Positions 40,289 to 53,274 of a stretch of 64,000 bases of DNA are shown one piece after another. Below the pieces are notes generated by a model. That model saw only the letters and a list, made by a program, of their open reading frames with translations, made no database searches and was not told the DNA's origin. Both the position numbers and the translations under genes were made by a program. Each line of letters starts with the position of its first letter. Position 1 is the stretch's first letter. Location: contig MU058213.1 of NCBI GenBank assembly GCA_013265495.1, positions 4,712,001 through 4,776,000 of the forward strand. Direction: 5' to 3'. The DNA is from Vicugna vicugna (Eukaryota).

Positions 40289-40424
40289 GTAAGTGGGGCG
40301 GTGGGGTCAGGTGCCTGGAGAGGATGGGGTGGGTAGGGGAACTGGGAGCCATAGTCTGTTGTGTGCATTTGTTTTACCTGTACCTATGATTGTATTCTGT
40401 AAGAACATCATATGCAATAGTTTT

Positions 40425-40970
40425 TGTTACTATTTTTTTGATTGAAATATAGTCAGTTTACAATGTTGTGTTAACTTCTAGTGTATGTCATAGTTACTCA
40501 GTTTTATATATATATATATATATATGAATATATATATATATATATATATACACAAACACACACACATCCCTTGTCATACTCATTTTCATTGTACGCTATT
40601 ACAAGGTAGTGAATATAGTTCCCTGTGCTATACAGTAGGACCTTATTTTTTACCTTTTGTATGTATAGTAGTTAATATCTGCAAATCCCAAACTCCCACT
40701 TTATCTCTCCACCCTACCCCCCTTTTCCCCACTGGTAACCATAAGTTTGTTTTCTTTCTGTGAGTCTGTTTCTGTTTTGTAAATAAGTTCACCTCTGTCA
40801 TTTTTCAAGATTCCACATGTAAGTGCCATCATATGGTATTTTTCTTTCTCTTTCTGGGTTACGTCACTTAGTACAGCAGTTTCTAGGTCCATCCATGTTG
40901 CAGTAAGTGGTATTATTTTATTCTTTTTAATGGCTGAGTAGTTTTCTGTCGTATATATATATACCACACT
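40425..40970 (-). mobile_element. L1 3' end containing a (TA)n microsatellite at about 40506-40550
   Basis: L1 3' UTR motifs; TSD tatgca(a/g)tagtttt at 40411-40424 and 40971-40984, followed by AA (L1 endonuclease TTTT/AA site). Confidence 0.88.
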
Positions 40971-40989
40971 TATGCAGTAGTTTTAAAAT

Positions 40990-41690
40990 GTTGTCTAAGG
41001 AAAATTTTCAACCACACAGAAAAGTAGAAAGAATAATGCATTAACTCCCACAGAGTCCCAATTCGTATCCAACAGTTGTCAACATGTTGCCACATACACT
41101 TTATTTTTTCTTTTGTCCATTCATTCATCTTTTTTCTTTTCCATCCATCTGTCTATTCCTCCTTGCTGAACCATTTCAGAGTCAATTACAGATAACACTA
41201 TGTCTCACCCCTAAATTCCTCAGCATGCATTTGAAAAATTAGGGAATTTTCTTGCAACCACAATACTATTATCACATCTAAGAAATTAATTTCTGTAGTA
41301 TATAGAAATTCTCCTCCTTATTCAAAATTTGCCAGTTGTCCCTGAGGTATATTTTATAGTTGTTTCTCCCTCAAGCCAGAATCCAATCAAGAATCCCACA
41401 TTGCTTTCATTAGTAACACTCTCAGAGTTCATTTATTTTAATATAACCTCCCTTCTTCCTCCATCCCCTACTCCCTGCTCTTTTCCTCCTATCCCACTGA
41501 TCTTATAAAGAGACCAGATCAGACCCAGTGCCCCACGTTCTGGATTTTCTGATTGTTTCCTTATGGTGTCCATTTACTTGTTCTGCCATTCCCTGTATTT
41601 CTAGTAAATTTGAGTTTAGAGCTAAATGCTAATAGAATCAGCTTAAACTTTGAGCAAAAATACTTTGTAAGTAATGCTATTTATGGAAAA
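40990..41690 (-). mobile_element. Ancient L1MC/ME-like fragment
   Basis: aaaattttcaaccacacagaaaagtagaaagaataa...aaccacaatactattatcacatctaag motifs. Confidence 0.6.
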
Positions 41691-42674
41691 ACATTTTAAA
41701 GTCATTAATATTATGTGAATGCTCCTACAGCACTTTTCACAGATTATGTTTTTCTTTGTTTGAAGATCCCATAAGACAGAAAGTTCCAGGAGGGTAGGGT
41801 TGGTAATGGTTGACTCAGCACCATATCCTTGGCAGCTATTCCAGTGCCTGGGACATATAGCCCTCAGGAAATATTTGATGGCTGTATGATGCAGTATGAG
41901 TGAGTGAGTGAGTGAGTGAATCTACCTGCAGTATACATAGGCTGCCCATCTGGGTTCTACCCACTATCAGTCTATCCCCTATTGAGTATTTATTATCAAT
42001 CTGTGATTCAGTGGATAAAGTTGACTCCTTCTTCTGCATTCCTTTGTTCATTATTATGGGTTTTTTCAGAGGCAGTTATCTCTCCTCTGAATTAAGTTAC
42101 CGTCCTGTTGAGGTGTTAGATACATACATGTGACATGACTGGAGAGCAAGAATAGGTATTGAACGTCTACTTTCTTTTTTGGGAATGAGTCTCATTGAGA
42201 ATCAGAAATGGACAGAACTGCACCCATTTAGATGTTTTGATATTTGCAGTAACATCATCACCTGTATTTTGGGCATAATTTTGAAATTTAGTTCCTTGTA
42301 AGCTTTGGTTTGTAGGAACAGCCCAACAAATAAAAGATACACAATGTAGAGCAAAGCCAAACAAACAAACCGAGCGCTTATGAGAAATAAAGGTGACTTG
42401 TTAGTATGTAACTCTCACTTCCAGCTGCTTTTCCTCCAAGGGCTTGGGTCTTGTCTTTGTCCCTTTCTTGGGGTTAAAAGCTGCCGTCTGGTAAGTCCCT
42501 GGAGCTCCCTGTGTCTCAGCCGTCAGCGGTTTTCTCACCCTCTTCCTTGTTTAGTTTTGAAGTGAGTCCTCAGGAAGGATTTTTGTTCCCGGTCTTTAGC
42601 CTCTCTCTTCCCCAGGACTTGGCAGGGCGGGGAGGAGAGCGGAGTGTTTGTGGCCCCGTGGCAGAGGTCTTCTC

Positions 42675-42817
42675 TTTTTTTTTTTTAATTTGCAGGGAGG
42701 GAGGTAACTAGGTTTGTTTATTTATTATTAATTTTTTTAACGGAGGTACTAGGGATTGAACCTGGGACCTCATGCATGCTAAGCATGCTCTCTACCACTG
42801 AGCTGTACCCTCCCCCC
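42675..42817 (-). mobile_element. tRNA-derived SINE (Vic-1-like)
   Basis: Same consensus; TSD cag(a/t)ggtcttctc at 42662-42674 and 42824-42836. Confidence 0.88.
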
Positions 42818-45800
42818 ACCCCTCAGTGGTCTTCTCATGGATTCATTTTCACATGGGCAGAGGGGGTCATTTTCTCTCCCTCCCACATGACCATCTCTTT
42901 GTCTCTGTTTAGACCTCTTTCTCCTGAGAAAGCCTCAGGTCTGCTTCTTCCCACCTGGTATTTCTCGTTTTACCCAATGATTCTTTAAAAATCACTGCAT
43001 TTGTGGGTGTGGTTTTTTTTTTTTTTTTTTTTTTTTTTATTTCTTGGCTCCGTGTTTTTCTCCAGGCTCAGGATTACAAAGACATGGTACATTAGGACAG
43101 AGCTTTGAAAATAAGTCTATTTATCACTGAAGTGTTATGAAACTCACATAAAATGAAATTTTAAAATGGAGGGTAGTGGTGGAAACACACATATTTTCCT
43201 AACACCTTAATAGCTGTTTTTATTTCTGCATTTTCTATTTCCTTCCCTATTTGTTGATAGGTTTCATCTATAATGTAGGTGCAACTATAGTGTCTCTGCA
43301 GTTTTGATACCAGTTTTTAAAAGTTAGTATGTCAGAAACATTTTTCCTTATTATACTTTATAGTCTTCATACTTCATTTTTAAGGAGATAATCTACAATA
43401 TACTTAATCATCCTCCTGTATTTAAGTTTTTTTTTTTAATTATGAAAAAAGATGGTGAATATTTTTTATATGTATCCTTTTACTTCTTTAGAAAAATTCC
43501 CTAAGGGTAGAAATGATGTCACTGAGCAGGTATGGCTTTCGATAAAAATGTAGCTTCATAAACACATTTAAATAGAAGGTAAGACTTTGCCATAGTCTGT
43601 GATTCCTTGTGTGGACTATTCACTGATCATAAAAGAGAAAGGTATTACCTTAGCTGTTGGGAAGCCTCTAAAGTTTTTGTATTTTCCCAGTAACTAAAAC
43701 CTAAATTGTTAGTTGTCCTTTCCCAGATATTTTCTTATCCATTTAGGTTCTCTATTTTAGTGCACTTGACCTTGCTCTGTTTTGATATCTGTCTCTTTCT
43801 TCTCCTAGCCTGCTCATTCAAGATCACATCATCTTTGCTTCTTCCCACATTTCATGCCTAGCACGGTGCCAAGCAGTAGAGCAAATGAATGAATACATTT
43901 CAGTATTTAAATTATTTTAAAATGTCACCATTAAAAAAAAAAGGGAGTAATTCTGAAATGAACTGTAGCTTCTTTGCCTCTTTAAACACAGTGTACTGAG
44001 CATATATTAATTAAATTAATAGCCTGTTGGCTTGTTTATAGTGGTGAATAGGATATGAGCTTAAGTTTGGGGGTGTGTTTTCAGGCAAAGGCTGATAATG
44101 AGAGAAAGAAAAGGGAAAGAGAGCACATCTTTTCTTAAAAATGTTCCACGTGTGGTTTTTTCCCTGGTGATTTGCCTGTTTCCTGTCCTGGGAGCTGTAT
44201 CATCTCCTGCTGCCTTTCTGCAAGATAAGTTAGGACAGAGTTAGCGTCTCTGTGCCAAAGTGGGTTTCTTTCCCTCTGGAAAATTGTCCTCACTCTATTT
44301 ATCAGTTTCCTTTGACGTGTCAGCAACATTTAAAAAATGATCAATGGTTTCTGTATCACTAGTGAAATAGACCCCATCCCCTCATCACTGTCAGTTTATT
44401 CTTCATATCTTAACAGAAAGTGGCCTGGGGGAATCTGATAACAGACTGTAGTCGTGGCCAAGTTTTCCATGGCACTTGGCTGAGAACAGACTCTCAAGTA
44501 CATTCAGTGAGCTTTAAACACTTCTTCTGCCTTTGAGTGTTTGAAAAAGCTTGAAGGCCCTATATTTTGTGAGGCCTGCATAACGCAGAGGATTTTTCAT
44601 AAAATACCTTTTAATAGTTCACATTCTGTTAAGTCATTTTGGGCCCCAATATGGAGTCAGTAAAGTGACATTAAGAGAGAATAAAATCATTAAAAAAAAA
44701 AAAAAGGAAGGAAGGAAGGAAGAAATGGTAGAAAGTACCCTGTTTTCTTAGGATAAGCCAAATAATTGACCAAGAATAGGATGACTTTGTTATTCTTGAT
44801 TAAACAATTGATGGTTCTGAATTTCCTTTTTTAAATCAAGATACAGAAAATAGTTGTAGCTCAAGTTTTCAGCCACTTCTCTCCCGTGAATATGTTTCCC
44901 TCCATTCTGTGGGTGACGGATAAACATGAGACATTGCCGTAAGTCCTGTGACAGTGGGGTTTTCTAGTTACCAGACATCTCTGGGAGCCTGTAGTGCTGA
45001 CGGGTGGGCCAGCAGCATCTGGTGGTGCTTTATCCCTGACATTTACCAAGACATAGGTACTGAGAGATGAGTAAAATACTCTGGTTATGAAACCCTACTG
45101 GTCTGGGGATAGACTGTGCTCAGAAATGAGGTCTCTAAAATAGTAGGAAGCTTATTTTGTAGTGATGTTACTGAATGTTACACACATTTCATAAAAGAGC
45201 AACTGAGAAAATCATGTTTCTCACCATCTGTGTCACACTTTCTAGACTATCCTTCTGGGGGGAAAATGACATAAAATTCTGTCAGCTACAGTTTTGGTAT
45301 AAAACCTTTTACCTGCCCTTTCAATGAGCATGGGCCAGAGACAGAGACCCTATAGAACTTCTTGGAAGCATTAAGGTCTCAGTGAGTATTTTGGTCTCTT
45401 TTTGCCAGGGGCACCTGTGAGTAGGTGGGGTGTGAGGTAAACTGTTCTGTGGGCAGGTAACCTGCTACTCTAGGCACTCTGGTGTCTCTCAGCGCCCCTG
45501 CTTTGGGCAATCACTTGCTGCTGCCAGTGACAGCTGCGACCCAGAGCCTACTTCCTTTTCCTCTCCACTTTCCTTCTTGTGTTGCCAGGTTCTGGGCAGG
45601 TTTCTTTGCTTTAGTTTAAACATGTGGACCCCTCTCACAGGCCCTCCCAACCAACATAGAGCTCTGTTCATTTGCATCCGAAAGACTGAGCACAGGGAAG
45701 CTGCTTGCTCCTTGCCCCCTCTGAGTATGTAGTCCTGCTGTCAGGCCTGCGGAGGCTGGATGGTGAAGAGAACAGCCATTGGTATCCAGTCTGGGTCCCA

Positions 45801-47199
45801 GTCTTGGCTCTACCACTGATAAGCTGGGTGATCTTAGGCGTGTTACAATCTCAGAGCTTCCAGGTTTGTTGATGTTGTTGTTGAATTTATGAATGAAAAT
45901 AATAATACTCTTCTCCTAGAGTTGTTGGAAATGCTTAGCGTAATTCTTATTATGCAGTAAGTAGCAAATACAATCAATTTTTTAGCCTCCCCCTGGGAAC
46001 CCCCCTCCCACCCCATGCATATACATCCTCGCTAGGTCTTCAGCTCCTGCACACCTTGTCTGTGTGCAGCCAGCCTGGAGGCGGCTGTAGGCTTCAAAAG
46101 CGCTGATTCTGAGCGGCCAGAGTTTTCCTTTGTTTTCTTTGATTGGGGCCTGCGGAGAGGCATGTGCCTCTCTAATGGATGTTCACTTGTATTTTGAGGT
46201 TTCTAGATTTTCTCTGACTTCTTTGGCTTGATGTAATTGGCAGTAAGGCCACCGAGGTGATGAAATGAAGTTTTTGAAATGTCCCGTGCCTTTTGGTCTC
46301 TACCCTGGAAAGCTTCAGGTGCTACGCAGTGACATGGTGAGGTGTGATCTGATTGGATTTGTGCCTCAGAGTCCACTTAGCAGCAGCCGCAGCCGCAGAT
46401 AACAGCGTGTCGGTGTAAAGTGGGCCGTGGAAACCTAGGCTCTTGACATGCATTGGCGGCAGCACACAAAAGGCAACACAAAACACAGGTTTATCCTGGA
46501 AGAGATCAGTGTGGGAAGAGGAACCGCCTTATCGTCGTAACAGTTGAGAAATGTGTGAGAGTAAGAGCAGGAGATGGGGGTAGGCTCGCAAGGGCTGCTG
46601 TGGAAGGAGGACCTGGAGGGGTAGCCAATAGCAACAGTGACGGGGGGGCGGTCCTCTAATACTCCCTAAGGAGGGGCTGGAGGGCTTCTCCTTTGGGTAA
46701 ATATCAGGATGGAGTCTGTTCCCATAAAGTTTGCTTATGTGTTCTGTGTTCTGTGTTTGGTTCTTTGAAAGAGCCAGGGTTGCCCTAGTTCCCTGGACGA
46801 ATCTCTGGGAGTTTGGTCTGAGCTTGTTAATGCTGCTAGCTAGATTCCTGAAGGACTCAGTCTTTGTCCATGCAGTGCAGCTCTGCCCTGGGATTTCAGA
46901 GGCTCCCCGGTTTAATAGATGTGCCTGCCCTAGAGAAAAGGAAAGAGATCCCACTGTCAGTTATTCTTAAGTTCACCCCCTCATCAGTGACCCAGTTCTT
47001 GAACGGAAAGCGGTTTATCATCTCTGAGGCCTCAGGTCCCAGGTGGCAGCTGTTCCTTCATTTCCCCAGAAGCTCCAAGAGGACAGGATGTGTACTTACT
47101 CAGAAGCCACCAGGGAGAGAATAGACTGGGTTAGAACTCTCACACATCCGGACTCCTGTTGTCCTGCAGGTGCTAATGTATTTATGTCCAGAACTGGCC

Positions 47200-48290
47200 T
47201 GCTCCCAGGATCACTGATCCATGCATCAAAGCTATAATAAATCAGATATGTGTCATCCTTCCAAGGAGCTGATAGTCTAGCAGGGGAGATAAAATAAAAC
47301 CTAGGTATGTGGACTGCAACGTACAGGTATTAAATGCTGTGAGAAGTACAACTAAAGTGGGATGGGTCTTCAGGAAGGGGATTCATGGAAGATTTCTTGG
47401 AGGAGGACATATAGTGAGTCTTCCGGGGTTTTCTGAAAGGCAGAGAGGGATGGGACTGGGAGGGATGAGGGGCACCCAGACAGAATGCTGTGTGGATGAT
47501 GGTGTAGAGGCGACAGGTAAGAGACTGGAGATGGGGAGCCATTGGGTAGCTCTTGCTACCCACTTGCCACTTGGGCAGGAGGTGATGAGACCCTAAACCA
47601 GGAAGGTGAGGGAGAGGACCTGAGATGTTACAGAACTAACTTTTGGGTTGTGAGGGGTAAGGACGAGAGAGATCAATGTTGCGGCCAGGCTCTTGAGCTT
47701 GCGTGCTGCAGAGCAGGTGCTGCCTTCGCAAGAATGATGGACAGAAGAAGTGGAGAGGAAGGGACATGATGAATTCACTGAGAAGCGTAAGCCTACTGAG
47801 GGACCTCCAGGTGGATGTGGTTTGCAGGTCCAAACTCAGATAAGGGTTGGAGGTAAAGGTTTGGGAGTTATTTATTTCGAATTAATAGTTGGGGAAAAAA
47901 GTAGATGAACTCGCCAAAAAAAGAAAAAATGAAGAATGCGAAGTCGCATTCTTGGGGATCATCTTAGCTTTGGAGAAGAAGGAGAGAAAAGCCAGAAAAG
48001 ATTGTCGCAGAAAAAGTGGCCTGAGGGAAGGAAAACAGGAGAGTGTAGTGTCTTCGAGCTGCAAGGCAGAGAAGAATATTAAGGATACAGGTGGAGAAGA
48101 TCAGAGAGAGGCCATGAAAGGTGAGGACTGAGAAAAGGCCATGGCATGTGGCGATTAAGAGGTCACTGTGACCTTGGAGGGGAGGCAGTCTTAGTAGAGG
48201 GGGGAGCAAAAGCCATTTGCAAGAGATTGAGGAGTGACCAGGTGGTCAAGTCAGTGAATAGAAATCAATCTTCCAAAAAGTTTGGTGGTA
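47200..48290 (-). mobile_element. L2 relic; similar L2 pieces at about 2540-3030, 11240-11400, 33960-34410, 52900-53260 and 57040-57500
   Basis: aaggagctgatagtctagcaggggagat...gaggtcactgtgaccttgg; ttcattcattca tails in the other copies. Confidence 0.6.
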
Positions 48291-48394
48291 AAGCTTGTTT
48301 TTTTTTTTTTTTTTTTGGTTTTGTTTTGGTTTTGTTTTTTTGTTTGTTTTTTTGCCCTTGACTCAGAGGATTCTTGTGCCGTGAGGGAAATGAC

Positions 48395-49160
48395 AGAGAT
48401 TCAAGGAAATAGAACAAAATGACAGAAAGAAAAGATAACTAATGTAGTAAAGACCTGGAGCAGGCTGGCGGGGAGCAGACAGCTCATTGTCCAGGGGCTT
48501 TGGGTGGGGGGAAGCCTGGAGTGCAGAGGGGAGCCAGGTGTCAGGCTGAGTCCCTGCTGAGTGGGAGGTAGGGGCGTCTGCGGGAGAGGGTGAGCCCAAG
48601 CTTGAGGGGAGCTAAGCGGGTCTGGCATGGAGATGGTGACATGAAAGGAGTGCCCGGCCTTGGCAGACACACTTGGGTTTAGGTGATGCGATTTGTGGTG
48701 GGACTTGCCCCCCCCCATGTTGTGACTTCGCTTATCAACAGTGAGGTTCACGAGGCAGTGAGGGAGGAGAATGTGTGATGGTTGTCCCTGCTCACGGTGG
48801 GGCAGAGTCTCCCCTGAAGACTAGGGTCTTGGGTTCGGGGTTTGACCACACGCAGGGTTTGGGGTGAAGTAAGCAAGACCAGCAAGTCCCCCGTGAAGCA
48901 GCGGCTCATAAAGGCCACCAGCAGAGGTGACAGAGCATTGCACCGACGTGAAGTGGGGTGGGAAAAACAGACCTGGCCCCTCAGAGCACTGAAAGTGAGA
49001 TCAGTTTCCCTTTTCTCCCTCAAATTAAATCAACTTTGGAAAAGCTGAGGTAGTCAAATCAAGGGGAATATGGCCTCTGAGGAGGAAAAGGGGAGAGGCT
49101 ACAAGGGTCTCAGCCGGTGTCTGTGCGAGGACAGTGGTTGTTGGGGGACAGGCGAGGGAG
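48395..49160 (+). repeat. Left arm of diverged inverted repeat around exon 8 (core 48881-49062); member of the unassigned local repeat family
   Basis: Manual alignment to the reverse complement of 50397-50579 gives about 72% identity over 182 nt with one gap; collinear anchors extend out to 48395. Confidence 0.85.
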
Positions 49161-49246
49161 TGGCCGTCCCTGCGGGTGGCCGAGGTCGAGGTGCAGGGCC
49201 ACGAGACATCTGTTGCATCTTCACCTCCGCTGTGTTCCTTCTCTAG

Positions 49247-49459
49247 GAGCTCTTACAGGCAAAGCAGGACCTTCAAGATCTGCTCATCACCAAAGAGGAG
49301 CAGGAAGACCTCTTGAGAAAGCGAGAGCGTGAACTCACTGCCCTGAAGGGAGCCCTGAAAGAGGAGGTGTCCAGCCACGACCAGGAGATGGACAAGCTGA
49401 AGGAACAGTACGACGCGGAGCTGCAGGCCCTGAGGGAGAGCGTGGAGGAGGCCACCAAG
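49247..49459 (+). CDS. CGNL1: CGNL1 exon 8 (213 nt): [71 protein letters not shown]; gene continues beyond the window
   Basis: Acceptor ttccttctctag|, donor AAG|gtgagt; phase 0-0; the [16 protein letters not shown] motif is characteristic of cingulin/paracingulin. Confidence 0.96.
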
Positions 49460-50299
49460 GTGAGTCGGGAGGGGTGGGGGAGGGGCGGGAGCATCTGGCT
49501 TGGGTGCAGGGGATGGGCAGGACCACCTCTTCCACACCAGGGCCAGTTGTTTACCTTCCTCTTCATGACAGAGTGAAACTCAGTTTCACCAGGTCATTGA
49601 TCCAGACCTTGTTCACAAAGGGTAAGCTCAGCAGTTCTGCTGTTGACCATTTTAAGTCGATAAACTTAAAGGTTGTTAAGGACACTGGTTAAAAGCTCTT
49701 GCACGCGGTGAGTCTTAGAGGCCCAGGAGTGAGCCCCTCCAGGATTCCTAAAGGTCAGAGGCCTAGAGCTTTGTGTGACTTTGCTAATGGGGCTGGATGG
49801 TAGACAGGACCCAGATTTCTGGAATCCTTCACCCTGGCCTCTGCTTGTTCGTTCTAACTTGTGAAGCCTTTTGTTAGATAATTCAGATGCTTTTCTCAGC
49901 AAAATTACAAGAGGGTTAATGGGCTGAATTGCCCAAACCCTTGCAAGATAATTTTTCTCTTAATTGAATTCTTGGCTCCTACAAATAGATTCTAAATTAT
50001 GTTGAATCCTTTGGTGTGGGGCTTGGGCTGTTGAAGAAGAGAAAAGCAGTGTTTTGAAGGGAAAAATGTTTGAAATACCATGCCATCTTTAGGGAAAGAG
50101 GGGAATTACAGAGTATAAATTTTTTAGAGTCTCTGCAATATATAGGTTAGAGATGATGAAGAAAGAACTTTCGATATTGTTTGTTTATCCTGTGATGATT
50201 ACAGTGACAGCTCAGAGCCGGCAGGCCCTCTCTCCCGCATGCTCCGCGGTGATTCACTGTTTTTCAATTATGGCATGGTAATTGCAAATGACAAGAAGT

Positions 50300-51210
50300 G
50301 AAAGATGGGTTTGTTTGTTACAACAATAAAATGTCTGGGAAATAGTCTCTTTGAGGTTATTATAACTGAGACAGTTTTATAAAGAAAAGCCTCTTGTTGA
50401 TTTGCCTATCTTAGCCTTTTTGAGATTTGGTTTAGTTTTAGGGAGGAAAGTGAAATGGGTGTAATTTTCATTGCTTTGCAGGGACATGTCTGTTTTTTCC
50501 ATCTAATTTCCCTTCTGTGCAACAGCTTGGCGTCCCTGCTATTGCCCTTGATGTGCCGTTGCCTCATGGGGGACATGCCTACAGGGTACTGAGTAAAGTG
50601 ATTCTCCTTTGGACCCATCATGTCTTTATCACCTTCAGACCTTACGTCAAAGCTTGAGTTAACATGGCTTATTCATTGAAGGGTAGTTGAGAATGGTGTT
50701 TGGCGTGTTTATAGTGATTTGACTGTGAGGAAAATTAAACTTAGGACATACATGGGATGCAGGATATTTTATAGGAAGCTTTAGGTCCTCTGCTGTCTCA
50801 TGTTAAAAGCAGGAAAGGGAACCATGGTAGGCAAGAGAGAGTCTTTGTTACATGAAATTGAGATAATCTGTAAAGACTTAAGCTGCTGCATTTTGAGATC
50901 TCCTGACTTTTAAGCATTGCTTCAAATTAAAGAATCACAAAGACCAGGCACAAACCATCTGCAGGTGAACAGCATGTGACCTTTGTCCCTTTGTCCCTGT
51001 CCCTAGAACAGGGTCTGATGCAAAGTCACATCTGTGCAGTGTCTGATGAAAGTAAAGAGAGAACCAGTTCCTCTCTGAACTGGGTTTTCAGTCCCTGCTG
51101 TGTGGTTCCTGTTGGATTTTCTCCAGTGATGATGTGGGAGGTCTTTTAGGAAGCTCTGCTATTACTCTGTGAATTTCTCTGCCTTGCTTTCGTGTTTCCT
51201 TGCAGTTTCT
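50300..51210 (-). repeat. Right arm of diverged inverted repeat around exon 8 (core 50397-50579)
   Basis: Reverse complement reads ggcatgtcccccatgaggcaacgg...ggaaaaaacagac...caaatcaa, versus the left arm agcaagtcccccgtgaagcagcgg...gggaaaaacagac...caaatcaa. Confidence 0.85.
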
Positions 51211-53274
51211 TAAACAGGATCATGATTGTGTTTTTACACCTTGTTAGCTATTGCTTCTGAAGGTGTTTGCTGAACAAATGTGACAGAATCATATTTAATG
51301 GGAAAAAATTTTGTCACTGTAGTGGACAGATGCTGCCTTTCTGGTGCATTATTTATTTATGTGGGTATTATATAGTAGAATTTTAGGAGTATTATGTTAA
51401 CTACTTGGAGGAGAGTGAATTAAGTATAATTTTTTAATTTAGTAAACAGTTTTTCTTAATTTGTTCACTGGCCTTTAACCTTTTCCTGCCCCAGTGGAAG
51501 GACTCACCCAGCATTGTGACTAAAAGCTGACATTTCTTTAAGGAACTACATTATATTCAAAAGTTTATTTCCTCGGTAAGCCTTAGGAGGCGGCTCAACC
51601 TCCTGGCATCAGTTTTTCTAATTTTTGCCACTGCCCCAGGCCAGAAATCCCTAAAGTGCTGTTTTATCACCGTCAGATAAGAAGTATTTCATCCTGGCCT
51701 GAGCTTGAGCCCTAAAAGTTTTAAGTTACTAGAACATTTGGTGAAAAGTATCAGATTATTTTAAGAATATTTTATAAGTATTCCAAACGGATACTCTGTA
51801 AAAATGATTTTTGTAGACCCAGACTGCCTCAGCTTTTTAAGACCAGATTGATTGCTCCACAGAGGAGAACTGATGAGCCCTGTGATGGGGTGGGGGGGCG
51901 GTCCCTGTGCAGCAGAGTGAACGCATGACAGTGGTGGTCTGCTGCGTTTGGGGAGCTGCTTCAGTTCCCTCCCCACAGAGACACGGCTCCTCACTGTCTG
52001 CCTGTCACACATTCTTCTAGAGGACTGTTGGGGACTTTTACTCATTATTTCGTAGCATAATTTCCCCCGATGTTACATCCTTTTAATACATGCTCTGCAG
52101 TTTTGAAAAGGAAATGTCCTCTTTCTCCTTGGGTTTGTGGCAGTGGCTGGAATGCATGTGGAGAAATGGACAGTCAACAGGGATGTGAACGACTGTCATC
52201 TGGAAGTAAAATGAAGACTGTCCACAGCTATCATCCCTACCCTTTCCCGTCTCCCACTTTTGTGCAAAAGAGAGATGTAGATAGTGTTCAGTGTTTTCAG
52301 ATTTCTCAGCATCGGCTCAGCTCGAATTCCAGCTCCTCCAAGAACTTCCCTGGTTGCTTCCTGGACCTTACAGTTTCCATGGACCTGGTATTGCTGGAAA
52401 TTTTGTTCTTGGTTTTATCTTCCCTGTCATGCCAAGGACTGTGAGTCATCATTTTCCACTCAGCATCTCCAGTGTGCTTGGCGCTTAATAGGTGTTCAGT
52501 AAACATATGTGGTAGAGGAATGAGTAGACAAAGGGGAGATGCCTTTGAGTCTTGACAGTCCCATTAGAATGTTTCAGGGTCTCGTTGATAAATTAAAATT
52601 GTTTTTGGTGAAAATGCACGAATCTTGCTTGTTGAGAAAGATATAATGTTATTATTGATCTTGGAAGGACTGAAATTGAGTCCAAAAGCTGCAGGTATTT
52701 TGAGGATGTTAAGAGAGCCACTTTTGTTTTTGTGTTGGGTAATAGGACTTCTGGGTCATTAGGCACTTTCAGGGTGTCAGCATGTAGCAGTTAGCAACAG
52801 ATAGCTCTTGAATGAGTGGGTGGAGGGGAAGAGGAGGATGAAGTGGGGTAAGATACTCTTACTGTCCTTCACTTCTCCATTTATATTATTTTTATGTACA
52901 GCATTTACAGATTTACTTACTGAACAATTGCCAAGTGCAGGGTACTGTGCTAAGTTCTTCAAGGGTTATGAAGATAAATCAGATAAATCTACCTTGCAGA
53001 AGACTGGAAGGAAGACACCTAATACTCAGACTGTTTGCAGAGAAGGATAAAGTAAATGCCCCAAGTGAAGTAGAGATGAAGTGCTGTAGGAGATGGCGAG
53101 GGGCTGGTGGCCACCAGAAAAGATTTCATGAAGGGGGCAGTGTTGAGGTGGGGCTGTGAAAGGTGGGTGGTATTTGGTACACTGGGGATACTGAGTACTG
53201 CATAAACAACACCTTGTTAGGTGGGAAAGCAAGATGTGTGTCTGGGCTGGAGCCTTGTGGAGCAGTAGATGTTA

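Noticed and set aside
49244..49249. TAGGAG tandem acceptor at exon 8
   Set aside because: A distal GAG is rarely used as an acceptor.
48842..50621. Two short ORFs (48842-49048 +, 50406-50621 -) with similar peptides (LHRRE..W.KQT...SLKLNQ)
   Set aside because: The similarity follows from the DNA inverted repeat. There is no recognisable domain or splice signal, and other copies have frameshifting indels, so they are not called as genes. A decayed coding origin could be tested by tBLASTx.
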